This document shows positions 22,833-36,187 of a DNA stretch of 64,000 bases, in pieces. The DNA comes from Macrostomum lignano. Lineage: Eukaryota. The translations under genes were made by a program, and so were the position numbers. How positions within the stretch are numbered: the stretch's first letter is position 1; each line of letters begins with the position of its first letter. The notes under the pieces were generated by a model. That model saw only the letters and a list, made by a program, of their open reading frames with translations, was not told where the DNA came from and ran no database searches. The DNA lies in assembly GCA_002269645.1 (NCBI GenBank), contig NIVC01001545.1:1-64000 (forward strand), in the 5' to 3' direction.

Positions 22833-23713
22833 ATTTTTAGCAAATGGCGAGCGGGTTCTGTCTCCGAGGAGACAGGGGGTCCTGGCGCACGTGATGTCCC
22901 CATAAACACGAGCCCTGCGTACAAGAATGATATCATTGCACTTTGGACTGAAGTCACTCGTGTCCTTGGGACCGGAAAACAGAACGGCACTCCAAATTTG
23001 GAGGTACCAACGAGAGAATGAAACAGAGGCAGGCCAGACCAAGCTGTCTGGGCACTGCAAAACGGGAGCAAGAGACAAAGGGGGCAGACAGACAGACAAC
23101 CGGGGACAGGCCAGAGGACAGGCGGGAAGGGACAGGCAACTGCCCAGCGGCAGACAGGAGCCTGGGGCGAGGGCAAGGGAAACAGCTGACTAGTGCGGCA
23201 CCTAACTAAACTAGCGACTCACTACGCATGTAATTCTGAGAACATCGTGCAAAGTCCCTTCCTTATGCAGAAAATAATAGTAAGACCCGTACTGGCTTTC
23301 GCAAATTTATTATAGTATGTTTTACCATCTGCATAGTTTAAATGCTACGTTGAAGCGGCTCGCGTGCGGCGAGATGAAGACCGCTTGTCTTTTAATAAAG
23401 TGCTGCGGCTGGGTCTTTTACGGCTCGAGTTTATTTGGGCCATAGACAGTTTGAGCAGCAGTGAGGCGCAGGTGGCTGTCAGACCAGCTTCGAAAGCGAT
23501 GATTCATGACCCAAAAAGCCGCGCCTATGTTATTATGACTACTAGTATGACCAAACATTATATCTAGTATAGATTCTATGACAATTCGTAGAAAAAGGAT
23601 AAAAATGCCCATTGCCCACTGTTAGTAGGCTAGTAAGTTTAGAGCCCATGTGCTAGCGCGGGATTTGGAAAAAAAGTGCGTCCTCATCAGATTCAACAAA
23701 ATTCCGAATAAAG

Positions 23714-24361
23714 TGTGACGAATAAAGGCGGGAAGACGGTTTTGTGTAGCGGGTAATTAGATAGTTCACGATTAGTTAGCAGATCGGCAGGCCGCTTCCA
23801 CCCTTAGACTTATAGTGTTGCTTAAGACAGCTTAGATTTAGATATATAGAAAATTGCTAGGATCGGGATCAGAGGCAAGGAGGCCGGATAACTAAGGGTT
23901 TCGCGAGCCTAGAGCGAGAAGCGAAGCAACGAGGGAGGGAAGGGTGAGAGTGCGGCCGCTGACTGCAGTGTAAGCATATATTTAACTGGTAGGTAAACAG
24001 ATAACAACACCCCTAATCCAAAACCCAGACAAGCCCCCCACGCGCAATGTACACGTACAAGATATTCGATGAAATAAATCGTGCAAGAATATCATAACGT
24101 CAGTACATGTACATAGATGGAACTACTTTACGAGAAATAATAACGATATGAATGAAATACAAATGATAGAATAAATACATACGAGGCTACAAAAAATAAG
24201 GCATTTAACAGTAACAGAAGCGCGATAATAATACGGATGGAATCTTGTTAAAATAAATGAAAGAATTACAGTAGTAGTACGGTATTCAAGTGAGATAAAG
24301 ATATACGATACAGATGCTTCTACGAAATTACGAATTACACTGTCACACCCGCCCCTCTACC
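23714..24361 (-). mobile_element. LTR (23714-24347) with adjacent polypurine tract: 3' LTR of a minus-strand LTR retroelement
   Basis: TGTGAC...GTCACA terminal inverted hexamers. On the minus strand GGTAGAGGGGCGGG immediately precedes the TG. A TATA-like TAAATATATGC followed by a CT-rich tract lies inside. No second LTR was seen. Confidence 0.6.
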
Positions 24362-25504
24362 AAAAAATACTGAAAAAGGAAAAAAATGGAAATACAAATA
24401 TATCGAACAGCGACGAACAATAAATTAACAAAAAACTTATTTCGAAAAATACCGAACAGAATAATTTACATGCGAATTAAATTATTGTTGGCATCAGTTA
24501 TTCGGATGAAATTATTGAAAAAATACACAAAGCATTGGAACGAACAGGAATTAAAATAGATATTTGTCAACGAAATGCTTCTTGAATTTCAAAATATTTA
24601 ACATTCTTTGATGCAACGAGTTAGAGCCGAATTTAAGTACACACAATGATTAATTATAGGAAATATCAAAGGTGTCGCAAACCAACTCTAAACACTGCAA
24701 AGCAAATCACGAGACGCAAAACCAGCACAGGCACACTACCTTATGACTAAGAGAACAGCCCAAAGCGAGACGAAACAGGGCGCACCTAGCAACCCGGAAC
24801 CACCAAGCAAACGGAGCACAAGAGAAACGGGAAAAGAATTCGAGCAAGCCCGGAGGCGAGCTCAGGTCCGCGCACAAACACGAACCCAGCCGAGGACCGA
24901 TCAAGAACGACCGCAAGGGCACGCCGATCAACGGCGCCGAAACCGACCTCAGAACCCGACGAACACAGACCACGGTGCTCTGCACAGCCACACAGGCTTG
25001 ACAACGGCGGCAGAAAACGCGCTAAGAAGACTGATAAGCGCTACTTAACTTAAAGACGAAACGCGATTGAATGACGATGCAAATTAAGTAAACTCTAGGA
25101 CTGCGCTTACCGGAAACTAAATTTGCGTCAGTAATGACAATTAAGATGAATTTTTTCTGCGCTTTTTGTGAATTTAACAAGTTTATTATTAGGAAGCCCA
25201 CAGTGTGTACCTATGCTTAGTAACTTTCTATTGCATCGTCATCGCTGGAAAAGAAGCAACCACAGACTACTTAACTGTCGTTTATACTAAGTAATCCGTG
25301 GACTGGACTACTTTACTTGGTACGGACTACTGCTAATCCGTAGCACTTAAATAGTCCGTGGAAGTAACTAAATGGTTCATAAAAATAACTCTGTCTCTGT
25401 TTACTCTGTCAGCCTAAAATAATGTATAATATTTGAGTGGCTAATCTTAAAAGATTGACCGCCTTAAGAGCGGTTTGTTTTGTATGCAGGCAGCGCTTCT
25501 GCCA

Positions 25505-27420
25505 AACTAGAATTGCTTGATAGTTTGAAATCGAATTTGCTTGAAGTAGAATTTGAAAAGTAATAACTGGTACAGGTAATCGAATTTGCTTGAAGTAGAA
25601 TTTGAAAAGTAATAACTGGTACAGGTAATCGAATTTGCTTGAAGTAGAACTTGAAAAGTAATAACTGGTACAGGTAATCGAATTTGCTTGAAGTAGAATT
25701 TGAAAAGTAATAACTGGTACAGGTAATCGAATTTGCTTGAAGTAGAATTTGAAAAGTAATAACTGGTACAGGTAATCGAATTTGCTTGAAGTAGAATTTG
25801 AAAAGTAATAACTGGTACAGGTAATCGAATTTGCTTGAAGTAGAATTTGAAAAGTAATAACTGGTACAGGTAATCGAATTTGCTTGAAGTAGAATTTGAA
25901 AAGTAATAACTGGTACAGGTAATCGAATTTGCTTGAAGTAGAACTTGAAAAGTAATAACTGGTACAGGTAATCGAATTTGCTTGAAGTAGAACTTGAAAA
26001 GTAATAACTGGTACAGGTAATCGAATTTGCTTGAAGTAGAATTTGAAAAGTAATAACTGGTACAGGTAATCGAATTTGCTTGAAGTAGAATTTGAAAAGT
26101 AATAACTGGTACAGGTAATCGAATTTGCTTGAAGTAGAACTTGAAAAGTAATAACTGGTACAGGTAATCGAATTTGCTTGAAGTAGAATTTGAAAAGTAA
26201 TAACTGGTACAGGTAATCGAATTTGCTTGAAGTAGAATTTGAAAAGTAATAACTGGTACAGGTAATCGAATTTGCTTGAAGTAGAACTTGAAAAGTAATA
26301 ACTGGTACAGGTAATCGAATTTGCTTGAAGTAGAATTTGAAAAGTAATAACTGGTACAGGTAATCGAATTTGCTTGAAGTAGAATTTGAAAAGTAATAAC
26401 TGGTACAGGTAATCGAATTTGCTTGAAGTAGAACTTGAAAAGTAATAACTGGTACAGGTAATCGAATTTGCTTGAAGTAGAACTTGAAAAGTAATAACTG
26501 GTACAGGTAATCGAATTTGCTTGAAGTAGAACTTGAAAAGTAATAACTGGTACAGGTAATCGAATTTGCTTGAAGTAGAATTTGAAAAGTAATAACTGGT
26601 ACAGGTAATCGAATTTGCTTGAAGTAGAATTTGAAAAGTAATAACTGGTACAGGTAATCGAATTTGCTTGAAGTAGAATTTGAAAAGTAATAACTGGTAC
26701 AGGTAATCGAATTTGCTTGAAGTAGAATTTGAAAAGTAATAACTGGTACAGGTAATCGAATTTGCTTGAAGTAGAATTTGAAAAGTAATAACTGGTACAG
26801 GTAATCGAATTTGCTTGAAGTAGAATTTGAAAAGTAATAACTGGTACAGGTAATCGAATTTGCTTGAAGTAGAATTTGAAAAGTAATAACTGGTACAGGT
26901 AATCGAATTTGCTTGAAGTAGAATTTGAAAAGTAATAACTGGTACAGGTAATCGAATTTGCTTGAAGTAGAATTTGAAAAGTAATAACTGGTACAGGTAA
27001 TCGAATTTGCTTGAAGTAGAATTTGAAAAGTAATAACTGGTACAGGTAATCGAATTTGCTTGAAGTAGAACTTGAAAAGTAATAACTGGTACAGGTAATC
27101 GAATTTGCTTGAAGTAGAACTTGAAAAGTAATAACTGGTACAGGTAATCGAATTTGCTTGAAGTAGAATTTGAAAAGTAATAACTGGTACAGGTAATCGA
27201 ATTTGCTTGAAGTAGAATTTGAAAAGTAATAACTGGTACAGGTAATCGAATTTGCTTGAAGTAGAACTTGAAAAGTAATAACTGGTACAGGTAATCGAAT
27301 TTGCTTGAAGTAGAATTTGAAAAGTAATAACTGGTACAGGTAATCGAATTTGCTTGAAGTAGAATTTGAAAAGTAATAACTGGTACAGGTAATCGAAGCT
27401 TGAAGTAGTATTTGAAACGC
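25505..27420. repeat. 49-bp tandem satellite (~38 copies), highly homogeneous
   Basis: Unit AGGTAATCGAATTTGCTTGAAGTAGAA[T/C]TTGAAAAGTAATAACTGGTAC. Essentially one variable site. Confidence 0.98.
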
Positions 27421-28083
27421 TGCGACACGTACACAAAGTTTCATTTTTTTCTCAATTTTGCTTCCTTCCCGGAAGTGACGTAGATATGGCTTAGATTAGA
27501 GGCAAGCTGCAGCTCGTCAGATAGCACCCTGATGATTTTATGAATAACAATTAACCGTCACAAATCAAAGCGACAGTCGACCTGCATTTGCAGTTAAAGA
27601 AAGCAGTTATGATCGTTTCACTGACCCCTGAAAACGTACGAGTACGTACTAGTCAGTCAGAGTAAAAACTGTGTCTTGAAACTGGCCCTAGGACCACTTC
27701 AGAGGGGGATTCACAAATGTGTGAAGGAATTCAACGCAAGAGTCAGACGCTTAATCGCTCATTGGCTCTGTGTGCAGGTCCCCTAACGAGGGCAACAACA
27801 GCAGTATTTTAAGGTCTTTCTCCACTTTTAGTATTCGTATCGAATCCAATGGCTAAACTACATTTGAGCTGTAATGACCCGAATGAGTTCTCCAGTTTAT
27901 TAATTAATTTTTTCAGAACGAAGGTAGGAAAACTATAACTTAGAACTTTAAGTTCCTGAGGTCACTAACCAGGCAATGAGCTAGTAAGTTTTCGGGTTGA
28001 AAGAAAAGTTCAGTTGAGCGTTAGATTATGTATCATTCATGGATGTGGATATGCATTCAGTATTGTTCACCCAAGCTTCAGCT

Positions 28084-31000
28084 TCAGTCATTGCTCATCA
28101 GAAGCAGAGCAGGAGCAGTCAATGGTGCTGCAGCTGGTCCACTTTCACTGATTGAGTCGGCATCGTCTCCATTTTCGGCGCGCTCGTTTCGGCCTCCGGC
28201 CTCGGTAGTCGTTCCAGATTGCACAGACTGGGCTGGTTCAATCGGTATTTCGTCCAGCACTGTGTATTGACTGCATTGGTCGAAGTGTAACAAACGATTT
28301 ATTTTATTTTTACTAATCAACTGGGTTGTCACTATTACGAATAGAAGCATTTAAATGTAAGCAATAGGAACTGCATATCTGGATCTTAAATGCCTTTTCT
28401 TAAGTATTCGCAAAATCGTCATTGCCTGCTCAAATTTGAAAAAAATCTCTTCTACTGGTTTGTCGAGAATAGAAGATGACTGGTCAAAGAGCTGATAAAA
28501 CCCAGCACCTTAGATCTACTGCATCTACTGCATTCCGTAATAAATATTATATTGTTCACCGACCTCAGTGAGAACTAAGGCCACACTTGTATACTGCATT
28601 TGTTGCACTTTTTAAGGCATTTGTTTGAAACCGGTCTTTAAGAAAACCGAAGTCAGTTGAATGCATTTTGCCTTGAATGCCTTGAAACAGATCGGGAAAA
28701 ACTAAAGCCGAACCTACCGTAAATGGGATCGGTTCTTGATGGCTGTGAGACTAGCCTTACTCAGGAAAAATCAAAGAAGCAACAGTTAAAACCACATGTT
28801 CATGTATACGATAGCTATGAGTACTCTCGTAGCTATCCCTAACCCCCAATAAAATCAATCAATAAAAATTGAGCGCCTACGTTCGGGGAAATTCCGCTTC
28901 GCTCGTCATCCGGTTGCACTCGGACGATTCGGATTCTGGCGGCCCTGAAGGCCCTGGCGGACCTAGCGACCCTTGCGGATGAGAGACGTCAGCTCGTCGA
29001 GGTTCTGGTGTGTCATGTTCCATTTTGACGTCTCTAACTGCCAGTTCGGGTCTGAATAGTTTAAAAAAATTCCATTGAAAAAATTGACACGGAAAAACTA
29101 ATAGTAGTACATACAGATATATTTATAATACAGCTGTGTACTCGAAAACAAAACTCCCCACCTCTCTCCTGTGGCAGCTGGCAGCTGAACTTCCAGCCGT
29201 CGCTCGACCTCCTGACGCACCTCGGCGCTCGCCCAGACGGCCAGCTCTCCCAGCCGGTCTCTGCTACTGCCTTCGCCGATTCCCGCCTTCTCAGCCAGCA
29301 GCTTGACGCAGTCCAGGTTGTTGCGGTGCACTGCGATCATCAGAGGAGTCGCACCGCTGCTGTCCACAACATCGAGTCGAGCTCCGTGTTGCGAGAGGGC
29401 ATCGAGGATGTCAGATCGACCAGCGATGGCTGCCAGGTGAGCTGCGGTTGATCCTTGCTGGTTGGGCTTGCTTGGGTCGCACTGACCGCTGGTCAGCAGG
29501 AAGTCCGCAATGTCTTTGAAACCCTGACGGCAGGCGTACATCAGTCCCGTGTTTCCTTGAACATCTTCTTCATCAAGCGGAAGATTTTGCTCATTGACAA
29601 ATCTTAGTATTTTTAAGTGTCCTGTTCCGTTCAAGCCAATGCAAGCAACGTGTACAATGCTTCTCTGTCTTTGGTTTGTATGTCTTGAATCGCAACCAAA
29701 TTCGATGAGCATCTTCATCGCATCCAGATGGCCGTTCAAGGCACAGTCAAACAGCGGTGTGTCGCCTTCCGCGTCAGGAATGTCAAGCTGAGCACCCTGC
29801 TCTTTCAAATATACCAAAATATGCTTGAGATCTCTGGCTGCCGCTTTTTGAGCCGGTGTGTTTCCGTGATTGTTGGCAGCATTCAAACTATTTAGGTTTG
29901 TGAATCGTTTAACTAAATGGAAGTTTCCAGAACTGACAGCGGCTCTGAGAGATGTCTCACCTGTAGCAGGATCGATTGCAGATAGTTCAACGCCTCGCTT
30001 CTCCACCCAGTCTACCATGTGCTGGTTTCCTAGCGCCAGTGCCTGGTGCACGATGCACTCCGGAAGGGAAGGCTCAAGCTCATACAGTAGGTTCGAAATA
30101 TTCTCGTGCCCGCTTAGCACTGCACATCGAATCGGAGTAAATCCCGAAGCGTTTTCTTGGGTTAGAATTTGCACTGCGTCTCTATTTGCATTCCTAATGT
30201 GCTGCAGGACGTGCAGGTTGCCATGAATGGCTGCAAAGTGAGCACAGTTCATGCCGTCTTTACTTTTGGTAGCTGCAGAGAACCCCTTCTGCTCAAGAAA
30301 CTTGAACACCTCCAGGTTTCCCTTGATCGCTGCCAGGTGTAGAGGTGAGCGGGTCTCTGGTTCAGCAGTGTCCGGTTGACAGGAGCTGGGACAGTTGTCG
30401 CAGACCCACTTCACCAGCGCCAGCTTGTTTTCGATTGTAGCGACGTGCAAAACGGAATGTTGCTTGTTGTTTCTGAGGTCCGTGCGGCATCCGAGCTGGA
30501 GCAGCACTCTCGCCATGTCCAGCCTGCCTCTCATGATGGCCAAATGAAGCGCGGTGTCTCCGTCGGCATCCATGAAATCTGCAATCTCTTTCGCTAACTC
30601 ACGGTTGAATTTGATTAACTCTTTGAGCAAGTTTGCGTCACCAAGAAAAATTATGTGATGCAATAGAGTCATTTCTTTTTGCTTTTTCTTGCCGTCGAAG
30701 CCAAAGGCCACCAGATACTTGAAGTGATCTAGGTTTCCAGCCTTGAATATTGCCTTGAAAGTAACATTTTGAAGAACCACGTCCTTGTCGAACTGACCGT
30801 TTTGCTCTTGAAGAATATGAGTAAGAACGGTTTCGTTCAGAGCTACAGCAACAGACATAGGCGTGTCTCCTGTCGCACTATAGACATTTGGATTTGCACC
30901 TTTTCGCAACAGAAGTTGCACAGCGCCGATCTTCCTGTGTCTGATTGCGGTGAACATCGGAGTCTCTCCATTGCTGTCTGTGAGGTTTGGAGCAGCACCG

Positions 31001-34000
31001 TTTTTCAAAAGCAGATTAATCACTTTCCGACTACCACAGGCGCAAGCAAAATGCAAGGCACTTCTTCCGTCTTTATTGACTTCATCGGCGCTCACTCCTG
31101 CTTTTATAACACTGGTAATTTGCTCCATCAATTCTTTCTTGCTGACGCAACCTTCTGGCAAACTCTTCTTGGTTCCCTGACTTTCAATTAGCTTAATCAC
31201 TTGATTCTGATCCTTCTGCAAAAATGATCGCTTGATTCTCTTTATCTGCTTCTGCTTGGATTCATTCTCTCGCTTGGCTCTGTCTGGATGTGACGAAGAA
31301 TTCTTGCCGCTCAGAATGTGCAGCACGTTGTTGCCTTCATTGTCCTTCTCGCTAACTCGAATTCCCGCCTCCAGCAGCAAAGGAATCAAACTCAGGTGCG
31401 ATTTCTGAGCTGCGATGTGAAGCGAATTCTGTCCGCGAGCATTTTTATAGTTAATGTTGGGCCGCTGCTCGAGCAAAAACTTCAAAACTTCCTCTTGGCC
31501 GTTCAGGCAGGCAATGGTGAGGCAGTTCTCTCCATCAGCTGTGCGGCTGCTGATCGACAACTGGCCTTTCAAGTACTCTTTGAGCAGGCTAACATTTCCC
31601 TGCTGACAGGCGTAGTGAGCAACGCTCCACGAATTGTTATCGAACATTTCGGTCACATTTAATCCCTTGCTGCTCAGCAGAGAAAGAGTTGAAGTTCTGT
31701 TCAATTTAACACATAATAGAACTGGTGAGGTCCCTGACTCGTCAAGCGCATTGGGATCGAGCCCTTTGCTGATGAGGAAGTCAATGACCGACTCATTGTT
31801 GTCACTTACTGCGAAGTGTAGAGCGGTCTTCATCAAGTGGTCGGTTCTGCTCAAGTTGCATCCCTGGCTGCAGAGAAAGCTGAGAAACTCCTCATTCTGC
31901 TTGGCTGCAGCCAGCAGGATTGGAGTGACTCCGTCGAGGTCGGCTTTGTCCAGCTCAGCACTGTGCTCGTGAAGCAGCTTCAAAATTTCCAACGATCCGT
32001 AATAGCATGCAAAATGTGCTGGGGTTCTTCCTTTGTGCGTGACCGTGTTTACGTCTGCTCCTTTGCTGATCAGGAATTCGGCCATCGCAGGGTTCTTCTT
32101 AAAGCATGCAATCATCAGAGGAGTGATTCCCATCTTGTCCTCCTGGTCAATTCGGCAGCCGAACATGGCAAAGTAGCGAACGATTTTTGCATTTCCGGTC
32201 TTCGCTGCCAGGTGAAGAGCATTTTCGCCGAGGAAATTTCTCCTGTTCACATCGGCATTGATGGCGTTGCTGATGATGGCGAGGGACTCGCTGCCCTGAG
32301 CTGCGCACAGCATGAACGGTGTGGACCCGGTCTTGTCCTGTGTTTCGGTAGGAAATGCGGCTTCCAGAAGGACCATTGCTGCATCATTGTCTGTTTTGGT
32401 GCAAGCAATGTGTAGTGCACTCTGCAGTTTGTCATTGGTGGCTTGCAAATCCTTATCACCTTGCAAGGCCAAGTACTTTAAAGTTTCGAGGTTACTAGTA
32501 TGGATTAGACAAACAAGCAGGGGTGTGTTTCCTTCTTCATCAACGACACTTAAATCTGCACCATTCTTGTGCAAGTGTTTGACAATATCCAAACCCCCAG
32601 TGAGTACTGCATAATGCAGAGCAGTCCGTCCCATACTATCTTGGTGATTAACGTCACAAGCGTGTGGTGTATTGGTCAGATACTTCACTGCATCGAAAGC
32701 TTTGCTCCTGACAGCCATCATGAGCGGCGTCGTCCCAGTGATGTCGGCTTCGTCCAGTGCCACGTTTCTCTGTTGCAAATACCTCAGCAGAGGTGCGTTG
32801 TTCGTCTCGGCTGCGTGAAAAGCAACGGTTTTGCCGTTCCGATCTTTTGTAGTGAGTTTGATGCCTGCTTCTGCCAGTAGACGGACCATCGAGAGTGATT
32901 TGTTTCTAGCTGCAGCAAGAATTGCCGTATCGCCTGTATGCAGATTGGGCGTCACCAAGTCTGCGTTTTTCTCTGCCAGAATTTGCAAAACTTCCTCAAG
33001 CTTGCAGCTTGCTGCCCTGAGGGCTGGAGTCACCCCTTTATGATTTCTGTGACTCGGATTGCAGCCTTTCTCCAGAAGAAACTCCACCAATTCAACAGGC
33101 CCTCTCTGACACGCTACAAGGAGTGCAGTTTCTCCGTTATCTGGGTTAGCCTCATCAATGGTCCCTGTGTTCTCAGCCAGGTATTTTAGCACCTCAAGGT
33201 TCTGCTTCCTAGCAGCAATGTGAGACAGCGGTCCCATTCTCTTGCTTGACTCGAGTGAGCAACCCTGCTGAACTAAGTAGCTAAAGAGTTCATATGTTCC
33301 ATATAGAATTGCAAGTTGGACAGGTGTGTCTCCATCTTCATCTGCTTCAAACAGAGGAGCTCCTTTCTCACGAAGAAGCTTCAGAACTGTACAGTGTCCA
33401 TTGAGAATAGCGACTTTAGCAATCTCGTCATTAGTTGTGACGTCACAGCCACTTTCCAGCATGTACTTCACTGTATCGTAGAATCCATTTTGCACGGCTC
33501 CTCGCAGAGGGCTTCGCCCATCGGCTGTTTTTTCATCGAATTTCACATCGAGCAACTTGAGTATGTCGGTGTGACCAAGAAGGCCTGCTGCAGAGGCTAC
33601 TATCTGCTTGCTGCTGTGAGTCACGTTGCAGCCTTGATCTGTAAGGAACTTCACTACTTCTGACCAGTCTTTCTGCGTAGCTTTTTTCATAATGCTTGCC
33701 AAGTGCTGCTCTTTCAATTCTCGAATGCAAGATTTCCTCTGCTCAAGTTTTTCAGCAATTTTTATGTGTCCATTGTACAACGCATAGAACACAGCAGACT
33801 TACCGCTGATTTCTTTCTTGGAAACGTCAACTTCTTTCGCAAGCAGAGTATTGATGGTGGCTTCGTTTCCCTTCTGGCTGGCGCACATCAGAGGTGTGAT
33901 GCCTTGCTTGTCACTCCGCTCTGGGTCGGCTCCTCTGCTTAGTAGGGTGTTGAATACATCTTGATGACCGCTTAGAGCTGCCATGTGCAGGCCTGTTCTG

Positions 34001-34122
34001 CCTTGATCATCTGAGACGTTTGGGTCAAGATTTTGCGTCAGATACTTGTATACAGTCCGATTGTCTCCTGCCTTAACTGAAGCAAAGAATATGTCTCTAG
34101 CGGCTGTTGGTGCAGCTGCCAT
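28084..34122 (-). CDS. Large ankyrin-repeat protein, ~1772 aa
   Basis: Exons (minus) 34122-29162, 29051-28881 and 28270-28084. Both introns are GT-AG and phase 2, giving a continuous frame. Roughly 40 ANK motifs by eye (G.TPLH.A, D..G.TAL), followed by a low-complexity tail. Confidence 0.88.
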
Positions 34123-34749
34123 GACTCTGCTGTTGAAAGTTCTAGCAGCAAAATTGCTAAGATTACAAGCCGACTGCAGTCGGTTCAAACAATCGTCTTT
34201 AAACTGCCCTCCTATGGAATTTAAAGCGCTGCATTAAATAAAATACTACAAGCTATGAAGGCAAGCAATGTGCACAGTATTGTTCTGCTGTACAGATTAA
34301 ATTGAAGCACTGTATTCTAGGTGGAGTAATAGATGAACATTCACAAGTACAATGAGCCCAGCCAACCAGGGTAAAAATGGAAGTTCAGCTTTTTGATGCC
34401 TGTACAAGAGTACAGAGAGGGCTGTACGGAAAGCAGAGTTGCAGCACTCTATCTCTTGTTTCTACCACTGCGCACAGACAGAAACACAGCTATGGAAAGC
34501 TATGAGCTAAATTATGTTCAAATGTTAGACAGAAAGATAAAAGCAATTGTATAATTGAAAACTGCACTGAAATGCGCGGCAGTTAGCGTCAAGGTTAGAG
34601 AATGAATATAAACAGAAGGTGTAAAAATGACGAAAGCATTATCGCCGAGTGATAATTAGCAAGCACGGTGTAATGCAGTAGCACATGCAGAAACTCTAAC
34701 TGTAGTGGACGGAAACACTTATATATAAGAGATGCGGCTTAAAAATTCG

Positions 34750-35735
34750 ATCTCTTGTTGGGCGCCCCTGTCTCTTGGTGGGCGCCCCTGTCTCTTGTTG
34801 GGCGCCCCTGTCTCTTGGTGGGCGTCCCTGTCTCTTGGTGGGCGCCCGTGTCTCTTGGTGGGCGCCCCTGTCTCTTGGTGGGCGTCCCTGTCTCTTGGTG
34901 GGCGTCCCTGTCTCTTGGTGGGTGCCCCTGTCTCTTGGTGGGTGCCCCTGTCTCTTGGTGGGCGTCCCTGTCTCTTGGTGGACGCCCCTGTCTCTTGTTG
35001 GGCGCCCCTGTCTCTTGGTGGGCGTCCCTGTCTCTTGGTGGGCGTCCCTGTCTCTTGGTGGGCGCCCCTGTCTCTTGATGGGCGTCCCTGTCTCTTGGTG
35101 GGCGTCCCTGTCTCTTGGTGGGCGCCCCTGTCTCTTGGTGGGCGCCTCTGTCTCTTGGTGGGCGTCCCTGTCTCTTGGTGGGCGCCTCTGTCTCTTGGTG
35201 GGCGCCTCTGTCTCTTGGTGGGCGCCTCTGTCTCTTGGTGGGCGCCCCTGTCTCTTGGTGGGCGTCCCTGTCTCTTGGTGGGCGTCCCTGTCTCTTGGTG
35301 GGTGCCCCTGTCTCTTGGTGGGTGCCCCTGTCTCTTGGTGGGCGTCCCTGTCTCTTGGTGGACGCCCCTGTCTCTTGGTGGGCGTCCCTGTCTCTTGGTG
35401 GGCGTCCCTGTCTCTTGGTGGGCGTCCCTGTCTCTTGGTGGGCGCCCCTGTCTCTTGATGGGCGTCCCTGTCTCTTGGTGGGCGTCCCTGTCTCTTGGTG
35501 GGCGCCCCTGTCTCTTGGTGGGCGCCTCTGTCTCTTGGTGGGCGTCCCTGTCTCTTGGTGGGCGCCTCTGTCTCTTGGTGGGCGCCTCTGTCTCTTGGTG
35601 GGCGCCTCTGTCTCTTGGTGGGCGCCCCTGTCTCTTGGTGGGCGCCCCTGTCTCTTGGTGGGCGCCCCTGTCTCTTGGTGGGCGCCCCTGTCTCTTGGTG
35701 GGCGCCTCTGTCTCTTGGTGGGCGCCTCTGTCTCT
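34750..35735. repeat. 20-bp tandem satellite (~49 copies)
   Basis: Unit CTGTCTCTTGGTGGGCG[C/T]C[C/T]. The overlapping ORFs are repeat artefacts. Confidence 0.98.
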
Positions 35736-36187
35736 TTCACTTAGCTCTTAGCTCTGGGAGGAGTGTAGTTTTCACTCGTATGGAGGGGCCGTACCTTTGA
35801 GGGGACAATTATGAGGGGGGGGGGGCACTGCCCCCTGGCCCCCCTCTGCTTACGCCACAGGTTTTTCCTTACATTAAACTACTGATAATTGATTTTTATA
35901 CTTTTATACGTTTTGTAGGCTGTAAACTAATCTGTAAAAATTCTACTGTAAGTAGGATATGCACACAGCAAAAGCTATTTTTTGAAACTCCGCACATTTT
36001 GTTGAAATTTTATCTACGTCTGATATGATGCGAGCCAGTCTCATCCAATCTCAAAAGGCGGATCTCGAGCAGCGATTTCCATTGGTTTTTAGCTTGTCAT
36101 GCCTTCGCTATAAAACCCGCCGCTCTCATGAGCTTAAAATTTGATTAACACAATTCTAAAAACTCTTATCAGTTGAAAATATAAAAA

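Noticed and set aside
24743-25048. 101-aa plus-strand ORF
   Set aside because: Low-complexity and antisense to the presumed LTR-element leader, with no domain evidence.
25460-25510. Helitron 3' end (GGCAG..CTGCC hairpin then CTAG)
   Set aside because: The hairpin is only 3 nt from CTAG, the next base is A rather than T, and no matching 5' TC end could be defined.
25409-27444. Three ~650-aa minus-strand ORFs as real genes
   Set aside because: They are translations of a 49-bp satellite cycling through all frames. Kept only as a low-interest note.
34732-35800. Multiple long ORFs on both strands
   Set aside because: Artefacts of the 20-bp satellite.
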